Shown here: one piece after another, positions 54,204-63,449 of the stretch | Layout: the number at the start of each line of letters is the position of its first letter | Position numbering within the stretch: the stretch's first letter is position 1 | NCBI GenBank assembly: GCA_005799265.1 | Contig: SYHD01000215.1 | Span: 22,984 to 86,983 of the forward strand | Direction of reading: 5' to 3' | Source of the DNA: Planctomycetia bacterium | GTDB lineage: Bacteria > Planctomycetota > Planctomycetia > Gemmatales > Gemmataceae | DNA length: 64,000 nt | Notes under the pieces: generated by a model | Databases searched by the model: none | Told to the model about the DNA's origin: nothing | The model's input: only the letters and a program-made list of their open reading frames with translations | Translations under genes and position numbers: made by a program

Positions 54204-55088
54204 ATGTTGCAGCGCACTCGAATCAGTTTTATTGCGACGGCCCTTCTCACGGCTTTGCTGCTGAGCAACGGCTCCGCACGCGCTCAAACCGACATGAAAG
54301 GCCAACGGATTTTTTTCTCGGGCCATAGCTTCCATTACTTCATGCCGCCGATTCTCGCCGACCTCGCGAAGAAGGCGGACATCAAGGACCACATGCAAGT
54401 CGGCCTGTCGTCGATCGGTGGCTCGCGCGTCCATCAGCACTGGAATGCGGCCGGCGGCAAGAACAAGGCCCGCGAATCGCTCTCAGCCGGCACGCTCGAC
54501 GTCTTCACGATGGCGCCGATCTATCTGCCCGACGACGGCATCGAGAACTTCGTCAAGCTTGGCGTCGAGAAGAATCCGAAGATGCGTATCTTCGTGCAAG
54601 AGAATTGGCTGCCCTGGGACCATTATGAGCCGGCCTTCAAGGCCCCGAAGGAAAAGGTCGATCACAACGCCCCGACCAGCGAATCACTGCGCAAAATGCA
54701 CGAGCCGTATTTCAAGAGCATCGACGAGCACGTGGCCGCATTGAACATGAAGTACAAGACCAATGCCGTCCGAGTCGCTCCCGTCGGCCAGGCGGTCATC
54801 AAACTGCGTGAGGCGATCATCGCGGGTAAGGCGCCGGGCCTGAAAGAGCAAAACGATCTCTTCACCGACGCGATCGGCCACGCTCGTCCGCCGCTGCAAG
54901 CGCTCGTGGCCTATTGCTATTATGTGTCGATCTACGAGAAGTCCCCGGCCGGCTTGCCGATCCCCGCCGTGCTTGCGAAGGCAAACGAAGCGGCGAAGCT
55001 CAATCGGTTCTTGCAAGAAATCGCTTTCGACGCAGTAACGTCGCATCCCCTCAGCGGAGTGAAGGTGGAGAAGCTACCCGCCAAATAG
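54204..55088 (+). CDS. Secreted SGNH/GDSL-like hydrolase (tentative)
   Basis: ATG 54204 after GGAG. Signal peptide ...LLLSNGSARAQ. IFFSGHSF (block I-like) and DAIGHA (block V DxxH-like). The assignment rests on these two motifs only. Confidence 0.45.
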   Translation: MLQRTRISFIATALLTALLLSNGSARAQTDMKGQRIFFSGHSFHYFMPPILADLAKKADIKDHMQVGLSSIGGSRVHQHWNAAGGKNKARESLSAGTLDVFTMAPIYLPDDGIENFVKLGVEKNPKMRIFVQENWLPWDHYEPAFKAPKEKVDHNAPTSESLRKMHEPYFKSIDEHVAALNMKYKTNAVRVAPVGQAVIKLREAIIAGKAPGLKEQNDLFTDAIGHARPPLQALVAYCYYVSIYEKSPAGLPIPAVLAKANEAAKLNRFLQEIAFDAVTSHPLSGVKVEKLPAK

Positions 55089-55270
55089 CCGTAGCCGAAG
55101 AGCTGAATAGAAAACGACGACCGCTCGAACATGCGACAGAAAAGTGAGTGATAGAAAATACACCCTGAATGAGCCGTCTTGCCAAGACGCAGGGCAGGCG
55201 CTGGATCTTGATCGCGCCATCACGTATCATCGGGGCCGATTCGATCAACCTTTTTTTCTTGGAGTCCACC

Positions 55271-56323
55271 ATGCAGCGCAGCCATGTTTGTCGAACCATT
55301 GGCGTCATCCTGCTCGGCCTCGTTTTTCTTGGCAGCCAGGATCGCTCGCTATCGCAGCAGCAAAAGAACGACATCGTCCCGAAAGGCGCGAAGCTGGAAC
55401 TCCTCTTCGACGGCGGCCTCGTGCTCACCGAAGGCTGCGCCGTCGCGCCCGATGGCACGGTCTATTTCAGCGACATCACTTTTTCGCACGTCGCCAAGGA
55501 CAAGCGCGGCTTCATCGAGGCGGGGCATATTTGGAAGTTCGATCCGGCCACCAAGAAGGCGACGATCTTCCGCTCCCCTAGCGGCATGTCCAATGGCATC
55601 AAATTCGACGCCGAGGGGAACATGATCGTCGCGGAAGGCGCGGACTTCGGCGGCCGGCGCGTCATCAAGACCGACATGAAGACCGGCCGAAGCTGGATCA
55701 TCGCCCACAGCTTCGAGGGCCGGCGCCTCAATTCGCCGAACGATATCACCATCGACGTAAAGGGGCGAATCTACTTCAGCGATCCGCGCTACCTGGGCCA
55801 CGAGGCGATCGATCAGCCGGTGCAGGCCGTCTATCGCATCGATACCGACGGTTCGCTTAGCCGCATCATTACCGACGCCGGCAAGCCGAACGGCGTCTGT
55901 ATTTCGCCCGATCAGAAGACGCTGTACGTCGTTTCGAACGACAATGGCCAATGGGGCATCGAGCGAATGCCGAAAGACGCGCCGGCGCGCAAGGGCTTGA
56001 TGGCGCTGCTGGCGTATGATCTGGCCCCAGACGGCAGCGCGAAGTTTCGCAAAATCCTCGTCAACTACGCGCCACAGGACGGCCCCGACGGTCTGGTCGT
56101 TGACAAGGAGGGAAACATCTACGTCGCCGTGCGTGATGAGACGCGCCCAGGCATCTGTGTCTATTCTCCCGAAGGCAAGGAGTTGGCGTACATCAAGACG
56201 GAAGTGCCGACGAATGTTTCCTTCGGCCGCGGCGTGGATGCGAGTGTGCTTTACATCACGGCGGGGAAGAGCCTGTATCGCATCCGGCTGAGCAAAGAAG
56301 GGTATCAGTTGCCGTCGAAGTGA
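55271..56323 (+). CDS. SMP-30/gluconolactonase/LRE family protein, secreted
   Basis: ATG 55271 after GGAG. EGCAVAPDGTVYFSD, NGIKFDAEGNMIV, PNDITIDVKGRIYFSDP and PDGLVVDKEGNIYVA are typical six-blade lactonase repeats. Confidence 0.7.
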   Translation: MQRSHVCRTIGVILLGLVFLGSQDRSLSQQQKNDIVPKGAKLELLFDGGLVLTEGCAVAPDGTVYFSDITFSHVAKDKRGFIEAGHIWKFDPATKKATIFRSPSGMSNGIKFDAEGNMIVAEGADFGGRRVIKTDMKTGRSWIIAHSFEGRRLNSPNDITIDVKGRIYFSDPRYLGHEAIDQPVQAVYRIDTDGSLSRIITDAGKPNGVCISPDQKTLYVVSNDNGQWGIERMPKDAPARKGLMALLAYDLAPDGSAKFRKILVNYAPQDGPDGLVVDKEGNIYVAVRDETRPGICVYSPEGKELAYIKTEVPTNVSFGRGVDASVLYITAGKSLYRIRLSKEGYQLPSK

Positions 56324-56408
56324 GCGGTGTAAGCTTAGCGCTCGCGGTCGGGCGTCATGCCGCCTGACCCCTCACGGCGCGCTCTCAACGAAATGCAATT
56401 GCCAGACG

Positions 56409-59400
56409 CTACGAAATCACGCGCGTCGGGCAGCCCGCATACGCACGCCGCGGCAGCAGCCGTTCGCGCTTCATCACGACGCTATGCTCGGCGACCGTGG
56501 TGTACTCACCGATGTCGGCGCCATACAGCAGGACCGCGGCGTTGCCCGCCGTCGCGTTTCGACGGATACACACGTAGTCGATTTTGAGCACCCGGTCCTC
56601 GAAGGTATGGGCCTGGAATTGACAGTTCACCGTCGCGCCATCCTCGAATTCCAACATGTCCGGGTCCACCACGTGGGCGAAGCCGCTGCCCAGGAGGACG
56701 TGTCGGCCTATCTTCATGCCCATGGCTCGCAAGTACCAATTCAGCACCAAGGTTCCTTCCAGCGCGGCAAGCGGTCCATGGGCCCAGTAATGCCACGCCA
56801 CGTATAGAAAATCCCAGCGGCTGCACCAGCACGACCAAAGCGGGTGAATCCCAGGGCGAACACGCCCGAGCAGGATCCATTTGAGCGCCAGCACCAACAC
56901 GCACTGCGTCGCGACAATGCCCAATTCGACTGCGGGCGCTACCACCAGAAGCAGCACGACTAGGGAGGTTGTCGCTTCCACATGCAAAAGCACGCTCAAC
57001 CATGTGACGGCGATCAACATCGGCGCCAACGGCAGCGCGAAGCGCAGTAGTTCCCAGAACATGCGACTGACGTAGCGTATGCCGGACGGCTCATGGGTCA
57101 GACCGCGATCGACCTCGATGATCTCGCGTTTGGGAAGCTCGAACGGCGAATGACCGAACCAGGACGTGCCAGAGCGCATGATCGTGTCGTCGGCCACCGT
57201 GCTGACGCCGAGGAGAATGTCGTCGGGCAATTTTTGGCCGGCCGCGATGACGGCATGATTGCCCAGGAACGTATTCTTGCCCAGGCGAACCCCAGCCAGC
57301 GTGACGGTTCCTTGTTGAATGCGGGGGCCGGCCAGATAAATGCCGTCGGCAAAGAAAGTCTCCGCGCCGATCTCGACGAGTTCCGGGACCGTGTCGATAA
57401 TCGTGCTGATTTCGCAGCCGCGTCCGATTTTCATGCCTGCCGCACGAAGCCAAACGGGCCAGAACAAAGTCCCGCTGAGCCATTTGCTCGCAGCATCGAG
57501 GATGCCGGCCTTCAGCCAAACGCGCACGTAGGCCAGACTCCAGCGGCTAATCACACCTTCCTGTACCTGTCCCAGCGCCCGCATGGCGATGGCCTGCAAG
57601 ATCAGCGTTATTGGCACGGCCAGCACCATGAGCCCGGCGCCGAGAAGGAGCGGCCAGGCGTCCTGCCAGGGATTGAGCAGCATCTCTCCCGCGTGCTCGA
57701 CATTCATTCCTTCAAACTGCCAGAACACGAGGGCCAGCGCCGCGGCCGGCAATGTCAGGAACAGCCCCACCGCCATGCGTGCCAGGATCAGGACTACGCC
57801 ATGTAGCGCGGGAGAAAGTTCGCGGGCGCCGTCGGGTATCGACGGCGGCGGCGAGGCTTGTCCTGCCGGACGGGCCGGAACGCCATCCCAGCGCTCGCCG
57901 CGCGGTATGTGACCATGCGCTGGCAGAAACGATAACGCCGCCAGACGGGAATTCGCCTCCAGTTTTGAATGCCGCGCAACGCCCGCGCGGATCTCCAGAG
58001 TGCAGCCGTTTTCCAGGAAGATCGGGCCGACATGGACCTGGCCATCTTGGTATTCCACCACCAATAACGACGCCTCCTGGCTGAGCGTCACGTCATCGCC
58101 GATGTCGAGGAGGTCCCACCCGCCTCTGAGTAAATCGACGCCGCGATGGATGTGTACCCGTTTGCCAATGCGCGCTCCCAGGGCGCGCAGGACGGCATGC
58201 TGAAAAACCGTTCCTTCGAGGATCCGCCACGGAATCAACCGAACGATTTGCTGAACCATCCAGTTACGCACGTAGAAGCTGCCCCAAGCAGGCGCCTGCA
58301 TCGGTCGATAGCGACCGATCAGCAGTTTCTTGGCAAGCACCGCCGCGGCCATCGTCAACATCGAGTAGAGCAAAAAGCCCCCGATGCCTAGTAGCGGCGT
58401 CAACAGCAGCAGTTGAAGAGAACTGAATGAACTCGTCAGGTAAGGCAAAGCCTGGAAAAGCAGCAGATAGCCAAGCGAGGCGGACGCGATGAGGCCCAGG
58501 AGCAGCCAGAGCATCTGGACGAACGTAGCCAAAGCCGGATGTCCCTTGGGGCGATCGGACTCCCTGTCAAGGACGGGTCTGGATTCGCCTGCGGTTCGGG
58601 CGAGCTTGGCCAAGCCGGCGGCAGTGCGCGCTTCATATACGTCGCGCACCGTCAACGACGACGTGACTGGGTCGTCACGCAACATCGAGATCAACTGGGC
58701 GGCCAACAAGGAATCACCACCGAGGCCGCCGAAGAAGTCATCGGCCGTGGACACACGCGAAGGTGTGCCCAGGATTTTCTGGAACGCCAACGTCAATTTT
58801 TGCTCAAGCGAGTCCTTGGACGCCAGGATTGGCTCATTCGGAACCGGAGCCTGAACTTCGAGCACCGGTAGGGCCGCGCGATTGAGTTTCCCCCCCACGC
58901 TGGTGGGAAGTCGAGCCAGCAGTCCAAAATGACTGGGAACCATGTATGCAGGCAGTGTCAAGTGCAGGGCAGACCGGAGCGCGTCGAAGCCCGGAGGAGT
59001 GGCGGCATCGGCCGCGATGATGTACGCCACGATCTTTTGCTGCGGCCCGGTTCCCTGAACCTTACACGCAGCCTCACGGACGCCAGCGCATGCCATCAGT
59101 TGCGCCTCGATCGCCTCTAGCTCGATACGGTAGCCGCGAATCTTGACTTGCGCGTCGATCCGCCCATGACAGTGAAAACGCCCCTCGGCATCGCAATGCA
59201 CAAGGTCGCCCGTTCGGTAAATGCGGCCCAGTTCGGGATGATGCGGGAATTTTCGCGCGGTCAGCGCCGGGTCATTCAGATAGCCGCGCGCCAGTGCGAC
59301 GCCCCCCAAACACAATTCGCCCCGTTGGCCATCGGCGACGACTTCGAGCGCATCGTTCAACACCCAGGCCTTCACTCCCGGCACGGGCTGGCCAATCGTA

Positions 59401-60383
59401 ATCACTTCGCCGGGCTCGATCTTCCCGCGCACGGAGGTGACAGCGCACTCCGTCGGACCATAGCCGTTCACCAAACACCCGCCAGGCGCCCATTGTTCGG
59501 CCACGTCCGAAGGCAAGGCTTCGCCTCCGACGTACACGAGACGTAGATCAGGCAAATTCGCGTCTGCATCGATGTGTCCCATGGAACGAAGCATCGTCGG
59601 CGTGGGACAGAGTACCGAGATGCGCTCCCGACGCAGCCAGGCCGGCAAATCCGGCCCCAGGCGTGCTGCCGTGTCATCAACGACGACCAGCGTGGCGCCC
59701 GCGGCCAGCGCGAGCCAAGTCTCCTCGATCGAGGAGTCATAAGCGCACGACGAATTCTGTGCCACGCGATCGTCCGGCGTGAGCGAAAATTCAGGAAGAT
59801 CACCGCGCACGAGATTGGCAATGGCGGCGTGCTCGATCATGACCCCTTTGGGTCGCCCCGACGTGCCGGAGGTGTAGATGAGATACGCGAGGCTGCGCGG
59901 TGTCAGCCAGGGCGCCGGTACTGCGGACTCGATGGGGTCATGGGCGAGAGCAAGCCAGGCGACGACATCAAGAGAGTATGGCACATCGAGTTGGGCGCCG
60001 CGCACGCGTGCCTCACCCGCAGCGTCCGTAAGAAGAACGACAGCGCGCGAATCCCGCAGAATATCGCGAATCTGTTCGTCGGGGAATAGAGGATCAAGAC
60101 AGGTGTAAGCCGCGCCCGCCTTCATCACGGCGAGTTGAGCAACATAGACGTCCGGAGAAGTTCGCGGCAACAAGATGGCGATCACGCATTCTTCTACGAC
60201 GGTGTCGCGCAGGAGGTTGGCGAGGGCATCGCTTTGTCGCCGTGCCTCGTCATACGTGAGCGTGCGCCGTACGGGACGTTCGGTGCCAGGCGGCGCGTCC
60301 AGCGCGATTCGCTCGGGCCAGAGTCGGGCCGCACGCTCGAAAAACTCATGCAGCAACACGGGCTCATCCGCAACCGCCGGCAT
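56409..60383 (-). CDS. Pls/PosA-type single-module NRPS (homopoly-amino-acid synthetase-like): A domain, T domain, three hexapeptide-repeat domains separated by TM segments
   Basis: A-domain cores MKAGAAYTCLDP, LAYLIYTSGTSGRPKG, NGYGPTE, YRTGDL, GRIDAQVKIRGYRIELEAIE and GGKLNR. T core DDFFGGLGGDSLLA. After that come TM pairs alternating with three LbH-like blocks (GARIGKRVHI..., AAGMKIGRGCEI..., AMGMKIGRHVLL...). No C or TE domain. The start is ATG 60383 (TTG 60440 possible). Confidence 0.8.
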   Translation of the reverse strand: MPAVADEPVLLHEFFERAARLWPERIALDAPPGTERPVRRTLTYDEARRQSDALANLLRDTVVEECVIAILLPRTSPDVYVAQLAVMKAGAAYTCLDPLFPDEQIRDILRDSRAVVLLTDAAGEARVRGAQLDVPYSLDVVAWLALAHDPIESAVPAPWLTPRSLAYLIYTSGTSGRPKGVMIEHAAIANLVRGDLPEFSLTPDDRVAQNSSCAYDSSIEETWLALAAGATLVVVDDTAARLGPDLPAWLRRERISVLCPTPTMLRSMGHIDADANLPDLRLVYVGGEALPSDVAEQWAPGGCLVNGYGPTECAVTSVRGKIEPGEVITIGQPVPGVKAWVLNDALEVVADGQRGELCLGGVALARGYLNDPALTARKFPHHPELGRIYRTGDLVHCDAEGRFHCHGRIDAQVKIRGYRIELEAIEAQLMACAGVREAACKVQGTGPQQKIVAYIIAADAATPPGFDALRSALHLTLPAYMVPSHFGLLARLPTSVGGKLNRAALPVLEVQAPVPNEPILASKDSLEQKLTLAFQKILGTPSRVSTADDFFGGLGGDSLLAAQLISMLRDDPVTSSLTVRDVYEARTAAGLAKLARTAGESRPVLDRESDRPKGHPALATFVQMLWLLLGLIASASLGYLLLFQALPYLTSSFSSLQLLLLTPLLGIGGFLLYSMLTMAAAVLAKKLLIGRYRPMQAPAWGSFYVRNWMVQQIVRLIPWRILEGTVFQHAVLRALGARIGKRVHIHRGVDLLRGGWDLLDIGDDVTLSQEASLLVVEYQDGQVHVGPIFLENGCTLEIRAGVARHSKLEANSRLAALSFLPAHGHIPRGERWDGVPARPAGQASPPPSIPDGARELSPALHGVVLILARMAVGLFLTLPAAALALVFWQFEGMNVEHAGEMLLNPWQDAWPLLLGAGLMVLAVPITLILQAIAMRALGQVQEGVISRWSLAYVRVWLKAGILDAASKWLSGTLFWPVWLRAAGMKIGRGCEISTIIDTVPELVEIGAETFFADGIYLAGPRIQQGTVTLAGVRLGKNTFLGNHAVIAAGQKLPDDILLGVSTVADDTIMRSGTSWFGHSPFELPKREIIEVDRGLTHEPSGIRYVSRMFWELLRFALPLAPMLIAVTWLSVLLHVEATTSLVVLLLVVAPAVELGIVATQCVLVLALKWILLGRVRPGIHPLWSCWCSRWDFLYVAWHYWAHGPLAALEGTLVLNWYLRAMGMKIGRHVLLGSGFAHVVDPDMLEFEDGATVNCQFQAHTFEDRVLKIDYVCIRRNATAGNAAVLLYGADIGEYTTVAEHSVVMKRERLLPRRAYAGCPTRVIS

Positions 60384-60816
60384 CCATTCACAGGCCTCAA
60401 AGCTTGTTTCTGCCGTTCCACTTAGCGATGTGATTTCCAAGTCGTATTCTCACTTCCGCGGCAATGAATTCTCTGGCACATTCCAGGCGCCTTCGATTTC
60501 GAAATCAGACCTCGCATTGGCTGAGTCGCGATCTCGCCCCAAATTGGCGTCTCGCTTCCGTGTTGCACGTATTGACTCAACCCCATTCCGCGCCCCTGGT
60601 TTCGCGCCTCTCATATTCTAAGTTTTTCTCGTGATTCCGATAGCCGTATCGTGCTGGAATTCCTTGAATTTTATCGCGTCGAAAGGATCGAACGAAGAGC
60701 GGTCAAATTCTCGTTAGGTTGAGCTGATTTCTCATGGATCTCTCACCCCCCGATTGATACGATCCATGGTTTGATCGAACCGGTACGATCAAGGACATCC
60801 ATCGGGAATTCACACC

Positions 60817-61638
60817 ATGAAGCGTACGCTTGTCTCGTTGTCGTGTATTCTCTTTGCCTGTATCGCACTCACGCGCGCAGCGGAACGGCAAGCCCCAGAG
60901 AAACAGAGCGTTTACCTTCGCGTGCTGGTTCCCACCGAAAACAGCAAAGTGTTCATCGACGACAGCCTCACCAAGCAGACAGGCGTCAGCCGGCTTTACG
61001 TCACGCCGCCGCTGGATTCCGACAAGCAGTTTAGCTACACGGTCACCGCCAAGTGGTGGCCGAATAACTACACCCAAGTCATCCGCACTCGCGTGGTCCT
61101 TCTGAAGGTAGGCCAGGAAGTGGAGGTCGATCTGCGTAAAGCGGATGACAAGATCCCGGACGGCTTCCACATCCGCTATGTCCCCACACCGGAAGAGGTC
61201 GTCGACGCCATGTGCAAGCTCGCCGGCGTCGGCGCCGACGATGTCGTCTACGATCTCGGCTGCGGCGACGGCCGCATCGTCATCACCGCCGTACAGAAGT
61301 TCAAGGCCAAGCGAGGGGTCGGCGTCGATATCGATGACAAGCTGGTCGCCGAGTCGACCAAGAATGCCAAGGCCGCTGGGCTATCGGACAAGGTGACGTT
61401 CCGCCAACAGGACGTGTTGACGCTCAAGGACCTGGGCGACGCCAGCGTGGTCATGATGTACATGGGCGAGGATGTGAACAAGAGATTGGCACCGATCCTG
61501 AAGAATACGCTCAAGCCGGGGTCGCGCATCGTGTCGCACGATTTCGAGATGGGCGACTGGAAGCCGGATCAAAAGCTCGTGGTCATGGACGACGAAGGGG
61601 ACGACCACGAACTGTATCTCTGGAAGATCGCCAAGTAA
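60817..61638 (+). CDS. Secreted TIGR03000-like domain + class I SAM-dependent methyltransferase fusion
   Basis: Signal peptide MKRTLVSLSCILFACIALTRA. VYLRVLVPTENSKVFIDDSLTKQTGVSRLYVTPPLDSDKQFSYTVTAKW fits the planctomycete TIGR03000 domain pattern. VVYDLGCGDGRIVITAV is SAM motif I. Confidence 0.7.
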   Translation: MKRTLVSLSCILFACIALTRAAERQAPEKQSVYLRVLVPTENSKVFIDDSLTKQTGVSRLYVTPPLDSDKQFSYTVTAKWWPNNYTQVIRTRVVLLKVGQEVEVDLRKADDKIPDGFHIRYVPTPEEVVDAMCKLAGVGADDVVYDLGCGDGRIVITAVQKFKAKRGVGVDIDDKLVAESTKNAKAAGLSDKVTFRQQDVLTLKDLGDASVVMMYMGEDVNKRLAPILKNTLKPGSRIVSHDFEMGDWKPDQKLVVMDDEGDDHELYLWKIAK

Positions 61639-63312
61639 TCACCGCACCAGCCGCAGAGCCCGCCCCGGCCGCGCTCCGGTATGCTTGCCCGCTTCCAGGA
61701 CGACCGTGCCATTGACGATCACGTACTCGATGCCGACCGAATACTGGAACGGCTCCGTGTAGGTCGCGCGGTCGATCACCTTGTCGGCGTCGAAGAGCGT
61801 AATGTCCGCGAATTGGCCGGGCCGCAGCAAGCCGCGCTCGTGCAGGCCGAGCTTGGCGGCGTTGAGTGAGGTCATCTTGCGCACGGCGTCCTCCAGCTTC
61901 AGCAGGCCCTTCTGGCGGACGTAGACGCCGAGCACGCGCGGGAAGGTGCCGAAGCTGCGCGGATGCGGGTTGCCGCGCCGCAGCGGGCCTTCCGTCGCGT
62001 ACGCCAGGCCGTCGGAGCCGATCGAGACCCACGGCTGCTGCATCGCCAGGTTCATGTCCTTTTCGGTGTGATGATCGTACACCGTCGAGACCGAGCCGCC
62101 CTCCTCGATGAGAAAATCGAAGAACTCGTACAACAGGTCGGCGTTCTTCTTGCCCTTGACGCGCTCGGCGAGGACGCGGTCCATCGTCAATCCCTTGTAG
62201 CTGTTGTTGGCGGCGATGAGCATTCGCGACCAGTCGCCGCCAACCGCAGTGTAATGGTTGTACCAGCCCGGGATGCCTTCGGTGATGTTCACTCGGATGC
62301 GCGCCCGCACCTTCGGATCCTTGAGCCGCCTGAGCATCTCGGCCGTCCCGCCTGCGTGCGCCCACGGCGGGATGATGCTCGCCAGATTGTTGTTGCCGCG
62401 CGTGTAAGGATAGACGTTGGCGCCGATGTTGACACCCTGGCTGCGGGCGGCGTCCACGAGCTTGATGATCTCGTTCATGCGGCCCCAGTATTGTTGATCG
62501 GCGATCTTGATGTGCAGGATCTCGACAGTGATGCCCGCAAGTCGGCCGATCTCGATGACCTCGCGGATGGCCTCGAAGACGCCGGTGCCTTCGTTACGGA
62601 TGTGCACGACGAAGATGCCGCCGTGCCCGGCGACGATCTTGCACAACTCGACGAGTTCGTCCTTGGTGGCGAGCGAATCGGGCGGCGCGGCGAGCATGCA
62701 CGACAGGCCGCGCGCGCCGTTCCGCATCGCCTCCTCGACGAGCGACTTCATTTGCTTGAATTGCTCCTTGGTCGGCCGAGCGTGTGAATTGCCCATGACG
62801 GAGCGCCAGACATTGCTGAGTCCGACGTGCGAGACGATGTTTGTCGAGACGCCGGCTTTTTCGACGGCGTCAAAGTAGCCGCCGAGCGTGGTCCACGAGA
62901 TTTGCTTGTCCTTGACGAGCACCTGGGGCGGCGTGAGTTTGCCTTGATAGGGGCCGGGCGACGTGCTTTCGCCGAGCACTTCGGTGGTGACGCCCTGACG
63001 AATCTTGCTCTGGGCGTTGCCGTCTTCGAGGATCGTGAAGTCGGAGTGCGAGTGCATGTCGATGAAGCCGGGCGCGACGATCAGGCCCATGGCGTCGATT
63101 TCGCGCCCGCCGGCCTGGGGTGCGATACGTCCGATCGCGGCGATCTTGTCTCCCTTGATCGCGACGTCGCCAAAGAACCAGGGATTGCCGGTCCCGTCGA
63201 CGATCTTGCCGTTGCGGATGACGAGATCGTAGGTGGGGCTAGGTTGCGAAGAGAAGATCAGGCTCGCCAGAACCGGACCCGCGAGTAGAGCAATCAGGGG
63301 AGAACGGCGCAT
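61639..63312 (-). CDS. D-aminoacylase (N-acyl-D-amino-acid deacylase) family amidohydrolase, secreted
   Basis: Signal peptide. DLVIRNGKIVDGTGNPWFFGDVAIKGDKIAAIG and GFIDMHSHSD motifs. Its stop abuts the stop of 60817-61638 with zero spacer. Confidence 0.75.
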   Translation of the reverse strand: MRRSPLIALLAGPVLASLIFSSQPSPTYDLVIRNGKIVDGTGNPWFFGDVAIKGDKIAAIGRIAPQAGGREIDAMGLIVAPGFIDMHSHSDFTILEDGNAQSKIRQGVTTEVLGESTSPGPYQGKLTPPQVLVKDKQISWTTLGGYFDAVEKAGVSTNIVSHVGLSNVWRSVMGNSHARPTKEQFKQMKSLVEEAMRNGARGLSCMLAAPPDSLATKDELVELCKIVAGHGGIFVVHIRNEGTGVFEAIREVIEIGRLAGITVEILHIKIADQQYWGRMNEIIKLVDAARSQGVNIGANVYPYTRGNNNLASIIPPWAHAGGTAEMLRRLKDPKVRARIRVNITEGIPGWYNHYTAVGGDWSRMLIAANNSYKGLTMDRVLAERVKGKKNADLLYEFFDFLIEEGGSVSTVYDHHTEKDMNLAMQQPWVSIGSDGLAYATEGPLRRGNPHPRSFGTFPRVLGVYVRQKGLLKLEDAVRKMTSLNAAKLGLHERGLLRPGQFADITLFDADKVIDRATYTEPFQYSVGIEYVIVNGTVVLEAGKHTGARPGRALRLVR

Positions 63313-63449
63313 CGATTCACCTTTTTCCGCAAAGTTGGTCAGTCATTGCCACCAACCGATTCTTGCCGATTTGGAACGAGACCAACCACTCGAGTGAACC
63401 AGCGACCGTCGGCCGGTTTCTTCGGCGCCCCGTTTTCTCCGGATACAAC

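Noticed and set aside
60474-60488. Sigma-54-like -24/-12 element TGGCAC-N5-AGGC on the plus strand in the Pls/MTase intergenic region.
   Set aside because: The GG-N10-GC spacing fits, but the -12 box lacks the TTGC consensus. The site is ~330 nt from the only co-oriented start (60817), and no enhancer-binding-protein gene is nearby. It is most likely a chance match.
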